Source: Nitrospirota bacterium
Lineage (GTDB): Bacteria > Nitrospirota > UBA9217
Direction: 5' to 3'
Assembly: GCA_035623825.1 (NCBI GenBank)
Contig: DASPSR010000022.1
Span: 1 to 64,000, forward strand
DNA: 64,000 nucleotides
Below the pieces are notes generated by a model, which saw only the letters and a program-made list of their open reading frames with translations, did not search any database and was not told the origin of the DNA. Of this stretch, positions 50,744 through 59,836 are shown piece after piece. Within the stretch, counting starts at the first letter, position 1. Each line of letters starts with the position of its first letter. A program made the position numbers and the translations under genes.

Positions 50744-51625
50744 ATGAGAAGACTACTCTTATCCGTTTCGCTCTTCATTACTCTTTCGACCCCGGCCTTT
50801 GCCGGGGTGAACGTCGTTGCCACTCTGCCCTGGATTGGAAGTCTTGCGCATGAGATCGGCAAGGACAAAGTCAATGTGACCGTCCTGGTAAAATCCAGCC
50901 AGGACGCCCATACGATAGAGGCGAAGCCGAGCATGATCCTCGCCGCGAGGAAGGCCGACATTATCATGTATGACGGGCTCGATCTGGAGATCGGCTATCT
51001 GCCGCTTATCATCGAATCCTCGAAAAACCCGAAGCTCATGCCGGGCAAGATCGGCAATTTCGACTGTTCGCAGTTCATCACGGTCCTCGAAAAACCGGCG
51101 ACGTTTGATAGAAGCATGGGTGACGTGCATCCGCTCGGCAATCCTCATTACCACTACTCGCCCTCAAGAGTGCTCCGGGTTGCCGAAGGGATGGCGAGAC
51201 TTTTCACCGATGCTGACAAGGTAAATGCCGATTTTTATCGTGCAAACTACAAGGCGTTTGCCGATCGGGTGAAGGCCAAGGAGACGGAATGGCGAGCCGT
51301 TCCGCTCAATGGGAAGAAATACGTGGCTTATCACAAGTACTTCGAATACCTTGCTAACGAATTCGGCTTTCGGCTCATCGGCTACATGGAGCCGAAGCCC
51401 GGCATACCTCCGTCTGCAGCTCATATTGAAGAACTGGTTCGCCTTATGAAGGAGGAAAAGCCGGACGCAATTCTCGTCACACCGGCGATTGGCAAGGAAG
51501 AGGCGGAGGCACTGTCCTCTAAGACCGGGGTCAAGGTCATCGTGCTGCCTAACGACGTCGGCTCCCTGGAGGGCACTGACGATCTGATTTCCTTCTGGGA
51601 TAAGGTCGTATCTCTGCTAAAGTAG
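50744..51625 (+). CDS. Zn/Mn-type ABC metal-binding protein (ZnuA/TroA family)
   Basis: QDAH, GLDLEIG, GDVHPLGNPHY, YH, EPKPGIPP. Confidence 0.92.
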   Translation: MRRLLLSVSLFITLSTPAFAGVNVVATLPWIGSLAHEIGKDKVNVTVLVKSSQDAHTIEAKPSMILAARKADIIMYDGLDLEIGYLPLIIESSKNPKLMPGKIGNFDCSQFITVLEKPATFDRSMGDVHPLGNPHYHYSPSRVLRVAEGMARLFTDADKVNADFYRANYKAFADRVKAKETEWRAVPLNGKKYVAYHKYFEYLANEFGFRLIGYMEPKPGIPPSAAHIEELVRLMKEEKPDAILVTPAIGKEEAEALSSKTGVKVIVLPNDVGSLEGTDDLISFWDKVVSLLK

Positions 51626-51689
51626 TCGTGTAAAAATCAGTTTGCCCGATCTGCTGACGGGCCAATTATTCTTATTTAACGGAGATGCT

Positions 51690-52478
51690 ATGGACGCAAT
51701 CAATTTTCTCGTGTATCCTTTCCTGGCCTGCCTCTTGCTGATCGTGATCCATGCCTATTTCGGCATCCACATCCTGCAGCGCGGCATCATTTTCGTCGAT
51801 CTGGCACTGGCCCAGTTCATCGGTATGGGAATCGCCTTGTCATTCCTTATCGGAGAGGAGCACGGCACGGTGCTCGCTCTCGCATTCGCCCTGATAGGCG
51901 CCTTCATCCTGTCGCTCTCGAAAAGGGTGTCGCGTCTCGTGAATATCGAGGCATTCATCGGCGTTCTTTATATCTTTTCCGTATCCGCGGCCATCCTGAT
52001 CCTCGACAGGTCTCCTCACGGACTTGAGGAATTCAAAACAATCCTGAACGGCAACATCATCTGGGTCACCCCGCACGAAGTGTTCACAACGTTTCTCGTG
52101 TACGGGGCCGTCGGGCTGCTCCATTTCGCCCTGCGCAGGCACTTTCTCGCACTTACCTATGAAGGCAAGGGGACCGCGCTCCTTGAATTCCTGTTTTTTG
52201 CCAGCTTCGCCGTGGTGCTGGTCAAATCGGTCAAAATGGCCGGCATTCTGCAGGTCTTTTCCTTTCTCGTTATTCCGGCGCTTATCGGTCGCCTTTACTC
52301 TCTCAGGCCTTTCGTGATCCTGATGATCGGGTGGATCGTCGGTGTTCTCATAACTATTGCCGGAATCGCCCTTTCCTACAAATTGGATGCGCCCACCGCG
52401 CCCGTCATCGTTGCAGGCCTGGCGACCGCTTTCTTTGTGCTTTTGGCCGTCAAGGCTGTTCGCCAAAAGGGCGAATGA
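51690..52478 (+). CDS. metal ABC transporter permease (ZnuB-like)
   Basis: GIHILQRGIIFVDLALAQ, EAFIG, GILQVFSFLVIPA. Confidence 0.9.
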   Translation: MDAINFLVYPFLACLLLIVIHAYFGIHILQRGIIFVDLALAQFIGMGIALSFLIGEEHGTVLALAFALIGAFILSLSKRVSRLVNIEAFIGVLYIFSVSAAILILDRSPHGLEEFKTILNGNIIWVTPHEVFTTFLVYGAVGLLHFALRRHFLALTYEGKGTALLEFLFFASFAVVLVKSVKMAGILQVFSFLVIPALIGRLYSLRPFVILMIGWIVGVLITIAGIALSYKLDAPTAPVIVAGLATAFFVLLAVKAVRQKGE

Positions 52479-52648
52479 ACGTTGAAAAGCCGGCAGAACC
52501 TTTAGGCCTTGCATGGAAGCAGATCTTCTGACGGCGAACGGGGCAGAGGCAATGAGAACGGAGCAAGAGAACAGGCCCCGTCGAGATCACCGAACCGGTC
52601 AGACATTCGTGATAAAATAAGAATAATTGATTCCGCCGAGGGCTCCTT

Positions 52649-54124
52649 ATGATGGGAATAAATGATGGACAACACCTATCCCTCTTGCGAAAAATCGCCC
52701 GTCGGGCGATGATCGAACGAGGGCTTCTCCCGGATTTCTCTCCCCGGGCGCTCGCCGAGCTGGAAAATATCCACGGGCCTGCGACAAAAGCTGAGGAGGC
52801 GGTGCGCGACCTGCGGCACCTTCCCTGGTGTTCGATAGACAACGATGATTCACGAGATCTGGACCAGCTCACCGTTGCGGAAGCAATGCCTGGCGACAGC
52901 GCGAAGGTCCTTGTCGCCGTTGCCGATGTAGATGCTCTTGTCAAGAAGGACTCGGCACTCGATGAACACGCTCACCAAAACACCACTTCGGTGTATACCG
53001 CGGCGGAGACATTTCCGATGCTGCCCGCGAAACTCTCGACCGACCTGACTTCACTCAATTACGAATCAGAACGATTTGCCGTGGTCGTCGAAATGATCGT
53101 CGCCAAGGACGGATCGCTTCAGAAGTCCGATGTCTATGTAGCGCTGGTCCGCAATCAAGCAAAGCTCGCTTACAACAGCGTCGCAGCTTGGCTGGATAAT
53201 GCAGGGCCAATGCCGTCGGAGATCGGCTCTGTTCCCGGCCTCGCCGAAACGCTGCGGCTTCAGGACCGTGTGGCGCAGCAGATGAAGACGCTCCGGCACG
53301 AACACGGTGCGCTGACCCTTGAGACAATCGAAGCACGCTTGGTTTTTGATGACGGCGAGCTCAAGGATTTTGAGGCAGAGAAAAAGAACAGGGCAAAAGA
53401 CATTATTGAGGATTTCATGATCGCGGCGAACGGCGTTACCGCGCGCTTCCTTGCTTCCAAAAGTCTGCCCTCATTGCGGCGCATCGTCCGGACCCCCAAA
53501 CGATGGGACCGGATCGTCGAGCTTGCCTCGGAACACGGCTTCACTCTGCCCTCGGAGCCTGATCCAAAGGCCTTGGAGCAGTTTCTCATACAGGCCAGAG
53601 CTTCTGACCCGCTTCGCTTCCCGGATCTTTCCCTTTCCGTCATCAAGCTTTTGGGTGCGGGTGAATACGTAGTCGAACAACCCGGGGGCACATCAGACGG
53701 CCACTTCGGCCTTGCAGTCGCCGATTATACCCATTCCACAGCCCCGAACCGGCGCTATCCGGACATCATCACCCAAAGGCTTTTGAAAGCCGCAATAGAG
53801 GGGCATTCACCTCCCTACGGGAACGACGAACTGGCAGCGCTCGCAACTCACTGTACGGAGAAGGAGAATGCCGCAAAGAAGGTCGAACGGCAGGTCAGAA
53901 AATCCGCAGCAGCGCTGCTGCTGGAACCACGGATCGGCGAGCAGTTCGATGGCGTGATCACGGGGGCAGCAGAAAAAGGCACCTGGGTCCGAATTTTCAA
54001 TCCGCCTATCGAGGGAAGGCTGACGAGCGGTTTTGAGAAGATGGACGTCGGCCACAGACTGCGTGTGCAACTGGTCAGTGCGGACGTCCAACGCGGATTT
54101 ATTGACTTCAGGAAGGTGGGCTGA
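52649..54124 (+). CDS. RNB-domain exoribonuclease (RNase II family) with C-terminal S1 domain
   Basis: SIDNDDSRDLDQ, IIEDFMIAAN, HFGLA..YTHSTAPNRRYPD. Confidence 0.93.
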   Translation: MMGINDGQHLSLLRKIARRAMIERGLLPDFSPRALAELENIHGPATKAEEAVRDLRHLPWCSIDNDDSRDLDQLTVAEAMPGDSAKVLVAVADVDALVKKDSALDEHAHQNTTSVYTAAETFPMLPAKLSTDLTSLNYESERFAVVVEMIVAKDGSLQKSDVYVALVRNQAKLAYNSVAAWLDNAGPMPSEIGSVPGLAETLRLQDRVAQQMKTLRHEHGALTLETIEARLVFDDGELKDFEAEKKNRAKDIIEDFMIAANGVTARFLASKSLPSLRRIVRTPKRWDRIVELASEHGFTLPSEPDPKALEQFLIQARASDPLRFPDLSLSVIKLLGAGEYVVEQPGGTSDGHFGLAVADYTHSTAPNRRYPDIITQRLLKAAIEGHSPPYGNDELAALATHCTEKENAAKKVERQVRKSAAALLLEPRIGEQFDGVITGAAEKGTWVRIFNPPIEGRLTSGFEKMDVGHRLRVQLVSADVQRGFIDFRKVG

Positions 54125-54303
54125 ACAGCTGCGTAGATCGCCGAGAGATCGCAACCCTGTGGATAAACTTTTGGGGCCTGTATGCTCGGCGGAATCAAGC
54201 CTTGGCGCAGCAGCACTCACGCAAAGGATAACGGCCGTGTAGCCTATAGCGTATGATGCGTTATCTGTCGCAATGAGGTATCATTCTAATATAGGGGGTC
54301 TGT

Positions 54304-54591
54304 ATGAATTACGATGCATGTCTACCGGATAAGTCGCACATTGCGCGCGAGATTCTGACGTATCTGGAAAAGCATCCGGATGCCCAGGATACGCTGGATG
54401 GTATTTCCAAGGGCTGGCTTCCTCCAGGTCGAGGGAGCAGGTATAAACCAACAGTTGTACGAGAGGTGATAAAGGACCTTGTTCTCGAGGGGACGATTCT
54501 AGAGAGTAAAATACCGGGTCAACATGCAGTATACCAGCTTAACCTCGCTAAGCGCAACAAATTGAAAGAATTATTGAAGAAAAAAGAGTAG
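54304..54591 (+). CDS. hypothetical winged-helix-like protein
   Basis: IAREILTYLEKHPDAQDTLDGI..W..V..LV..G..Y pattern. Confidence 0.65.
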   Translation: MNYDACLPDKSHIAREILTYLEKHPDAQDTLDGISKGWLPPGRGSRYKPTVVREVIKDLVLEGTILESKIPGQHAVYQLNLAKRNKLKELLKKKE

Positions 54592-54796
54592 TACTTCCCG
54601 GATTACGGGCTACCACAGTATTGCCGACTTGCACGTTGTTAAGGTGATTTTCAATCAGTCGCATTCGGACGTCTTTATATGATCCGGCTCTTGAAAGATA
54701 TCATTTTAAAGCCGATAAGAAATCCCTGCCTGCACGTCACTCCAAAAAACGAATTTAACAGGCATGATTCTCAGCGATACACGTGGCAGCATTCTC

Positions 54797-54825
54797 TTGA
54801 CATCAAATATATCCAGTGCTACACT
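54797..54825 (+). promoter_or_regulatory. sigma-70 promoter
   Basis: TTGACA-N17-TACACT upstream of the 54944 micro-gene. Confidence 0.6.
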
Positions 54826-54943
54826 AAAATCAAGATAAGGACTATCCTGTTATTTTGAATTCCATATTCTAGTTCGTGCTTGGAATGGATTTACGATTAT
54901 CAGGGTTAATTTTTACGGGTGTGCTGGAAGGGAGGTGTTGACC

Positions 54944-55108
54944 GTGGCGGAAAAGCTTAAAAAAATCGAATGTGATCCGAAGTGTGGCTTTATGGTGCGG
55001 AGCCATGACGAAAAGGAAGTGGTCGAAATCGCAATGAACCATGCGAAAAAAGCTCATAAAATGAGCATCACGGAGAAAGAATTAAAAGGCATGGTGAAGG
55101 ATGGGTAG
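54944..55108 (+). CDS. DUF1059-like small metal-binding protein, 54 aa (MAEKLKKIECDPKCGFMVRSHDEKEVVEIAMNHAKKAHKMSITEKELKGMVKDG)
   Basis: GGAGGTG RBS with GTG start; C..C.F..E.E..H...H; below the ORF-track cutoff. Confidence 0.8.
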   Translation: MAEKLKKIECDPKCGFMVRSHDEKEVVEIAMNHAKKAHKMSITEKELKGMVKDG

Positions 55109-55338
55109 AGCGGCCTTACTGCACCCTTTTGCATTTAAATGTTAGTTATACGTTATCCCTGTTGTAATTTCTTGCACGCCTGTCTCATCGCAGCTGCAGA
55201 GATTGAGCGTGAGTGCAGGCGTCGGAAAACAGGGTGGAGGAAACAGGAGTGAATCGACTGTCAGCCCTGGCCTTCCGATATAGCCAAGATGCCGGGGCGA
55301 GCTTGACTTAAGTCAGTAGCTTTGATAGATTAAAGACA

Positions 55339-55356
55339 GTGAGAAACGATTCTCAC
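55339..55356. promoter_or_regulatory. palindromic operator-like site upstream of the riboswitch
   Basis: GTGAGAA-ACGA-TTCTCAC, just upstream of a TTGACA at 55364. Confidence 0.45.
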
Positions 55357-55396
55357 ACGTTCATTGACAGAAAAAGGAAGATGTGAGTTTATATTC

Positions 55397-55491
55397 TTCT
55401 CTGCTCAGAGCAAACTGGGGGAAACCCCGGGACGCAGAGCAACGGGACTAGCAGGGTAACTGAAACGAATGTCCGCCGAGCCGCCAGAGAT
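55397..55491 (+). ncRNA. GEMM-I (c-di-GMP-I fold) riboswitch, A20 variant, predicted to sense 3',3'-cGAMP
   Basis: P1 UCUCUG/CAGAGA; A-GCAAAC; P2 UGGGG-GAAA-CCCCG; GGACGCAGAGC junction; P3 ending GCCGAGCCGCC; the base before GCAAA (55409) is A. Confidence 0.85.
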
Positions 55492-55509
55492 TATCTCTGG
55501 CGGCTTTTT
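55478..55509 (+). terminator. riboswitch expression-platform terminator
   Basis: GAGCCGCCAGAGA-TTA-TCTCTGGCGGCTT plus T-run; the 5' arm is the aptamer 3' strand. Confidence 0.85.
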
Positions 55510-55538
55510 ATATTTGTGGAGAAGGAGGAAGACGTGCC

Positions 55539-57308
55539 ATGGCCAATACATCGCGCAGCAGAGGCAGATCAAAAGAAAAGAGATCTACTCCTCGCAAAGC
55601 TGCGAAGAAGTCTGTGAAAAAAAAGAAAGTTCTCAAAAGGAAGGTCAGCAGGAAAGCTGCGGAGAAGATCGTTAAAAGATCCATTCCAAAACCGCAGAAC
55701 AAGATTCCTCTTCCCGGCAGTGAACGGTCTGCTCTTCCGGGGGCACGCGTTGTCGGTCCAGCCGATCCGACCGAACGCATCCTGGTGACGGTGCTCGTCC
55801 GGCGTCGTCCCGGAAGCAAGGATCTCACTGCCATGATCGAGGAGACGGGCGCCCGCAGGCCCCATGAACGCAAGCACCTGAGCCGTGAAGAATTCGCTGC
55901 TTCATATGGCGCCGATCCTCATGATATCAAAAAAGTTGAAGCGTTCGCTCACGACTACGGAATCGACGTTGTCGAATCCGACGCTGCGCAGCGCCGCGTA
56001 GTGCTCTCCGGAACCGTGGCTGCCCTCAGTACCGCCTTCGGCGCCTATCTGGCTGACTACGAACATCCGGGAGGCGCCTACCGCGGGCGTACAGGGTCCG
56101 TGCAGGTGCCTGAAGATCTCGCGCCCATTATCGAAGCAGTCTTAGGTCTGGATAACCGTCCCCAGGCCCGTCCCCACGTGCGTGTCTCGAAACAGCAAGA
56201 GGGAGCAGCCAGCCCCACGGAAAGTACCTCTTACACGCCGCTTCAAATAGCGCAGCTCTACAACTTCCCGCAGGGAGCAAACGGCAGAGGACAGTGCATC
56301 GCCATCATCGAGCTCGGTGGTGGATACCGGACTACGGACCTCAAGGACTACTACAGCGCCCTCGGAATTGCCATGCCGAAGATCGCGAGCAAGTCCATAG
56401 ACGGAGGCCGCAATAAGCCCATGGTGGATACGAATGCTGACGGCGAAGTGCTCCTTGATATCGAGGTGGCCGGGGCAGTCGCCCCGCTCGCGAAGATCGT
56501 GGTATACTTTGCTCCCAACACTGACGCGGGCTTTCTTGACGCGGTCAAGAGCGCTGTCCACGACAAGCGCAACAAGCCCTCGGTGATCTCGATCAGCTGG
56601 GGAGGGCCGGAAAAGGGATGGACTCGCCAGGCGATGCAGGCCATGGACCAGGCTTTCCAGGAAGCCGCAACTATGGGTGTAACCGTGTGCTGTGCGGCCG
56701 GGGACGCCGGGTCGTCCGACCTCCGCCCGCCGGAAGCCGATGACGGACTTCTCCATACCGATTTCCCTGCGTCCAGTACCTATGCACTTGCCTGCGGAGG
56801 CACCCGGCTGAAGGGGTCTGGTGCCATCATCAGGGAAGAGGTTGTCTGGAACGAAGGGAGAAATGACGGCGCTACGGGAGGGGGAGTGAGCGACGTATTC
56901 GACCTCCCGAAATGGCAGGCAGGGGCCAGCGTCCCTCCGTCGGCTAACCCCGGCGGACGCATCGGCAGGGGAGTCCCCGACGTGGCAGGAGACGCCGATC
57001 CAATCACGGGCTATCAGGTCCTGGTGGATGGACAGAAGGGTATTATTGGAGGAACCAGCGCGGTGGCTCCGCTCTGGGCCGGCCTGATCTCCCTTCTGAA
57101 TCAGAAAATAGGCTCCGCTGTCGGATATCTCAATCCGCTGCTATACAGCCTTCCCGCTGCTTCCGGGGCGTTTCACGACATAACGGCAGGCAATAACGAC
57201 ATCACCGGCAACAACGGGGCCTACAAAGCCGGCCCGGGTTGGGACGCCTGCACGGGATGGGGGTCTCCTGACGGAACCAAACTTTTGAGCGCCTTGAGCG
57301 GCAAATGA
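55539..57308 (+). CDS. S53 (sedolisin/kumamolisin) serine protease with prodomain and Lys/Arg-rich N-terminal tail
   Basis: GEVLLDIE (Glu/Asp), SISWG, AAGDAGS, GVPDVAG.ADP, GGTSAVAP (Ser), GWDACTGWGSP. Confidence 0.93.
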   Translation: MANTSRSRGRSKEKRSTPRKAAKKSVKKKKVLKRKVSRKAAEKIVKRSIPKPQNKIPLPGSERSALPGARVVGPADPTERILVTVLVRRRPGSKDLTAMIEETGARRPHERKHLSREEFAASYGADPHDIKKVEAFAHDYGIDVVESDAAQRRVVLSGTVAALSTAFGAYLADYEHPGGAYRGRTGSVQVPEDLAPIIEAVLGLDNRPQARPHVRVSKQQEGAASPTESTSYTPLQIAQLYNFPQGANGRGQCIAIIELGGGYRTTDLKDYYSALGIAMPKIASKSIDGGRNKPMVDTNADGEVLLDIEVAGAVAPLAKIVVYFAPNTDAGFLDAVKSAVHDKRNKPSVISISWGGPEKGWTRQAMQAMDQAFQEAATMGVTVCCAAGDAGSSDLRPPEADDGLLHTDFPASSTYALACGGTRLKGSGAIIREEVVWNEGRNDGATGGGVSDVFDLPKWQAGASVPPSANPGGRIGRGVPDVAGDADPITGYQVLVDGQKGIIGGTSAVAPLWAGLISLLNQKIGSAVGYLNPLLYSLPAASGAFHDITAGNNDITGNNGAYKAGPGWDACTGWGSPDGTKLLSALSGK

Positions 57309-57410
57309 AGTACATGGGGGCCGTAACATGAGATTGAGAAGTCCCCGGGGTCGGTCACACGGGTTCCCTCGGGTCCATGGCATACCCGCGTTAGGAGGGA
57401 GGAATGTCCT

Positions 57411-58406
57411 ATGCCGCAAAACAAACCCAACCCCTTGCAACATGTGGTAATGATTGTTAAAGAAAATCACTCCTTCGACAATTACTTCGGAACCTTCCCC
57501 GGAGCCTTAGGCGCAAAGATGGTGCACTCCGCCAATCCGCCATCGTCGGATCCCGATCATCGTCATGGTGCATGGTTGACGCGCGACAAGACCTCTGTCC
57601 GAATGCAGTTCATCGAAAAGGATATCCCCGACTACTTTGCCTATGCACGGCAGTTTGTCCTGTGCGATCGCTATTTCACCGATGTAGCAGGGCCATCGAC
57701 GCCCAATCACCTGATGCTCATAGCCGCTGCCTCGCCGATCATCGACAATCCGCCGCGCTACCGGCTTCCCGTAGGCACTCCGTTGTACAACCTTCCGTCG
57801 CTTCCCATGAGCCTGGAAAAGAAGGGGCTGACATGGCGGAACTACGGAGGTTACGCATTCGATTTTATCCAGGATCTCCACGGAAAGCCTCAGTTCAAGT
57901 CTGAGCAATTCGCTCAGGACGCGGCTGCGGGAAATCTCCCGCATGTCTCGTGGGTTTATGCGCCTCATGACGCGAGCGAACACCCTGCTGACCCGATCGA
58001 TAAAAGCAGCAATCCCTTAATCGGCAACGTCACCCATGGCATGGCATGGACCGTTGCCCAGGTCGATGCCATCGTAAAGGGCGGCTTATGGCCAAAGTCG
58101 GTCATTTTCATCACATGGGATGATTGGGGCGGCTGATTTGATCATGTCAATCCGCCTGAAATCGAGAAGTGGACCGATGGCACGCAGTTCCGCTACGGGT
58201 CGCGCGTCGGCTGTCTGGTGCTCTGCCCCTATGCCAGGCAGGGATACATTTCAAACACCGTGCATTCACACGTGAGCCTGCTCAAGTTCTGTGAAACCCT
58301 GTTCAGCCTGCCGGCGCTGAATGACCGCACGGCGAATGCAGATGATATGTCAGATTGTTTCGACTTCAACCAACAGCCCGCGGCTCCGCCGAAAAGCTCT
58401 TCGTAG
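57411..58406 (+). pseudogene. phosphoesterase (phospholipase C/acid phosphatase family), 331 codons, with one in-frame TGA at 58134-58136
   Basis: KENHSFDNYFG, GPSTPNH, SEHP, TWDDWGG*FDHV.PP, YGSRV, HVSLLKF.E; the frame continues unbroken into the 58218-58406 ORF. Confidence 0.8.
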
Positions 58407-58599
58407 CACGCTGCGGTCAGCGTTAGGCATACTCGAGAGCACCGGGGATCCGTTGGAACTTATCGAAACATGCACAAGCGCTATGGGTCGCGCCAAATAG
58501 CGCATAACCCGCCAAACCCTGACAAACCCGCCTCCGGAAAACTCTTCTTTTCGCAACCCGCCCGGCAGAACAAGAAAGAAAAATCGATCAAAAGAGAAT

Positions 58600-59364
58600 T
58601 CACTCTCCCTTTGCCGCCTCGTGCCTTGGGTACATCGAATAGGTGGCTGCGGCGAGGATCACCATGTACGCGGAGAGCACGGCGCACGTGACCCATTCCC
58701 AGAAGGCAAAACTTAAATACACAGGCACCCCGCGGGCACGCCATGGGAGCCCTACCCACGGGAGCTCGGGCAGCATAAAATGGACATACGCCTGAATCAA
58801 GCCCGCCAGCGCGATCGGGAACACTGCTGCGCTGGCCAGGATGGCTGCATACAGCCGCGCGTGGACGCTGAACCTGAGCATCCGGCTCAGCAGGGTCCGC
58901 TCAATGGTCTTGAACATCAGCTGGATCATCCCGATCAACAGGCCGGCAAAAGCCAGTACCGCGAGGATTTCGTGCCCTTTTTCTATCCGGCGAAGCCAGT
59001 GGGACAGCAAGGCGGCACACATCAGGCAGGAGTTTCCGAACTGCAGAGCCCTGACCCCGCTCAGCCGGCCTCCCGCACCTTCGAGCTTCCAGAGCCGGGC
59101 CAATACCGCCGCCCAGCACAGCCCGCAGAGGCCGCATATCACGACACCCGCCGACGCCCATAGATAGCCGGCTGGGTCGCGGCCGAGAGAGAGAAGATTG
59201 GACACCGGCATGTACCGCCAGTCATACTCAGAAGAATACCTCCGCGCCGCCATCGCCATGCCGCTCCAGAACGCCACTACTCCGAGAGGCGCGGTCACTT
59301 GAGAGGCCCGTAGCAAGAACGACTTATCCAAAATTTCTTTTTTGAGTTCGGAAAAGGGAGACAT
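58600..59364 (-). CDS. hypothetical polytopic membrane protein (DUF998-like)
   Basis: YDWRYMPVSNL, HEILA, WEW; about 6 TM helices; start chosen downstream of the 59552 terminator. Confidence 0.65.
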   Translation of the reverse strand: MSPFSELKKEILDKSFLLRASQVTAPLGVVAFWSGMAMAARRYSSEYDWRYMPVSNLLSLGRDPAGYLWASAGVVICGLCGLCWAAVLARLWKLEGAGGRLSGVRALQFGNSCLMCAALLSHWLRRIEKGHEILAVLAFAGLLIGMIQLMFKTIERTLLSRMLRFSVHARLYAAILASAAVFPIALAGLIQAYVHFMLPELPWVGLPWRARGVPVYLSFAFWEWVTCAVLSAYMVILAAATYSMYPRHEAAKGE

Positions 59365-59551
59365 AACCGGGCATGTCCCGTCTTTGACGTCCTTCCGCGG
59401 CTGTCTTGAGTCTTGTCGAGGGCATCCCTCTCTGGAGGCGCCGCGGCCAGATCGTTCATGTAAATATTGCAATGAAAGGGGAGAGACTCTACAGCTTTCG
59501 TGCCGTCTTAGCTGTTCATCCTGCTTAACTCTATTCTTGCTCCTAAGCAAT

Positions 59552-59579
59552 AAAAAAGACTGCCCTAAAGGGCAGTCTT
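59552..59579 (-). terminator. intrinsic terminator of the 36-aa micro-gene
   Basis: AAGACTGCCC-TTTA-GGGCAGTCTT followed by a T-run on the minus strand. Confidence 0.8.
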
Positions 59580-59599
59580 GGCAGGACGCCGATACGCAC

Positions 59600-59710
59600 T
59601 TATTTTTTCTTGTGTGTTCCGCAATACGCCGATTTTGCCATTGCGGGCTTCTTGCACTTTGTTCCCTGTTTTGTCTTGCCGGCGCACATTGCTTTCTTTG
59701 CAGATGCCAT
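59600..59710 (-). CDS. 36-aa basic C3H zinc-finger micro-protein (MASAKKAMCAGKTKQGTKCKKPAMAKSAYCGTHKKK)
   Basis: GGAGGTGA RBS, own terminator, C-x3-T-x2-G-x2-C-x10-C-x2-H pattern. Confidence 0.75.
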   Translation of the reverse strand: MASAKKAMCAGKTKQGTKCKKPAMAKSAYCGTHKKK

Positions 59711-59836
59711 ATTCACCTCCCTATAATCGTTTATCTTTGCTAGAATTATATCATATAAAAACCGGAGAATCTGTTTCCAAGAACGGTTTGTGCACTGGAG
59801 TTGGATCAGAGAAGCAGCTCTGGGAGAGGAGTGACC

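Noticed and set aside
54755-54800. Two GGCA..ATTCTC repeats resembling sigma-54 boxes
   Set aside because: Spacing does not satisfy GG-N10-GC.
58500-58565. Three AACCCGCC repeats
   Set aside because: Too short and irregularly spaced for a CRISPR array or iterons.
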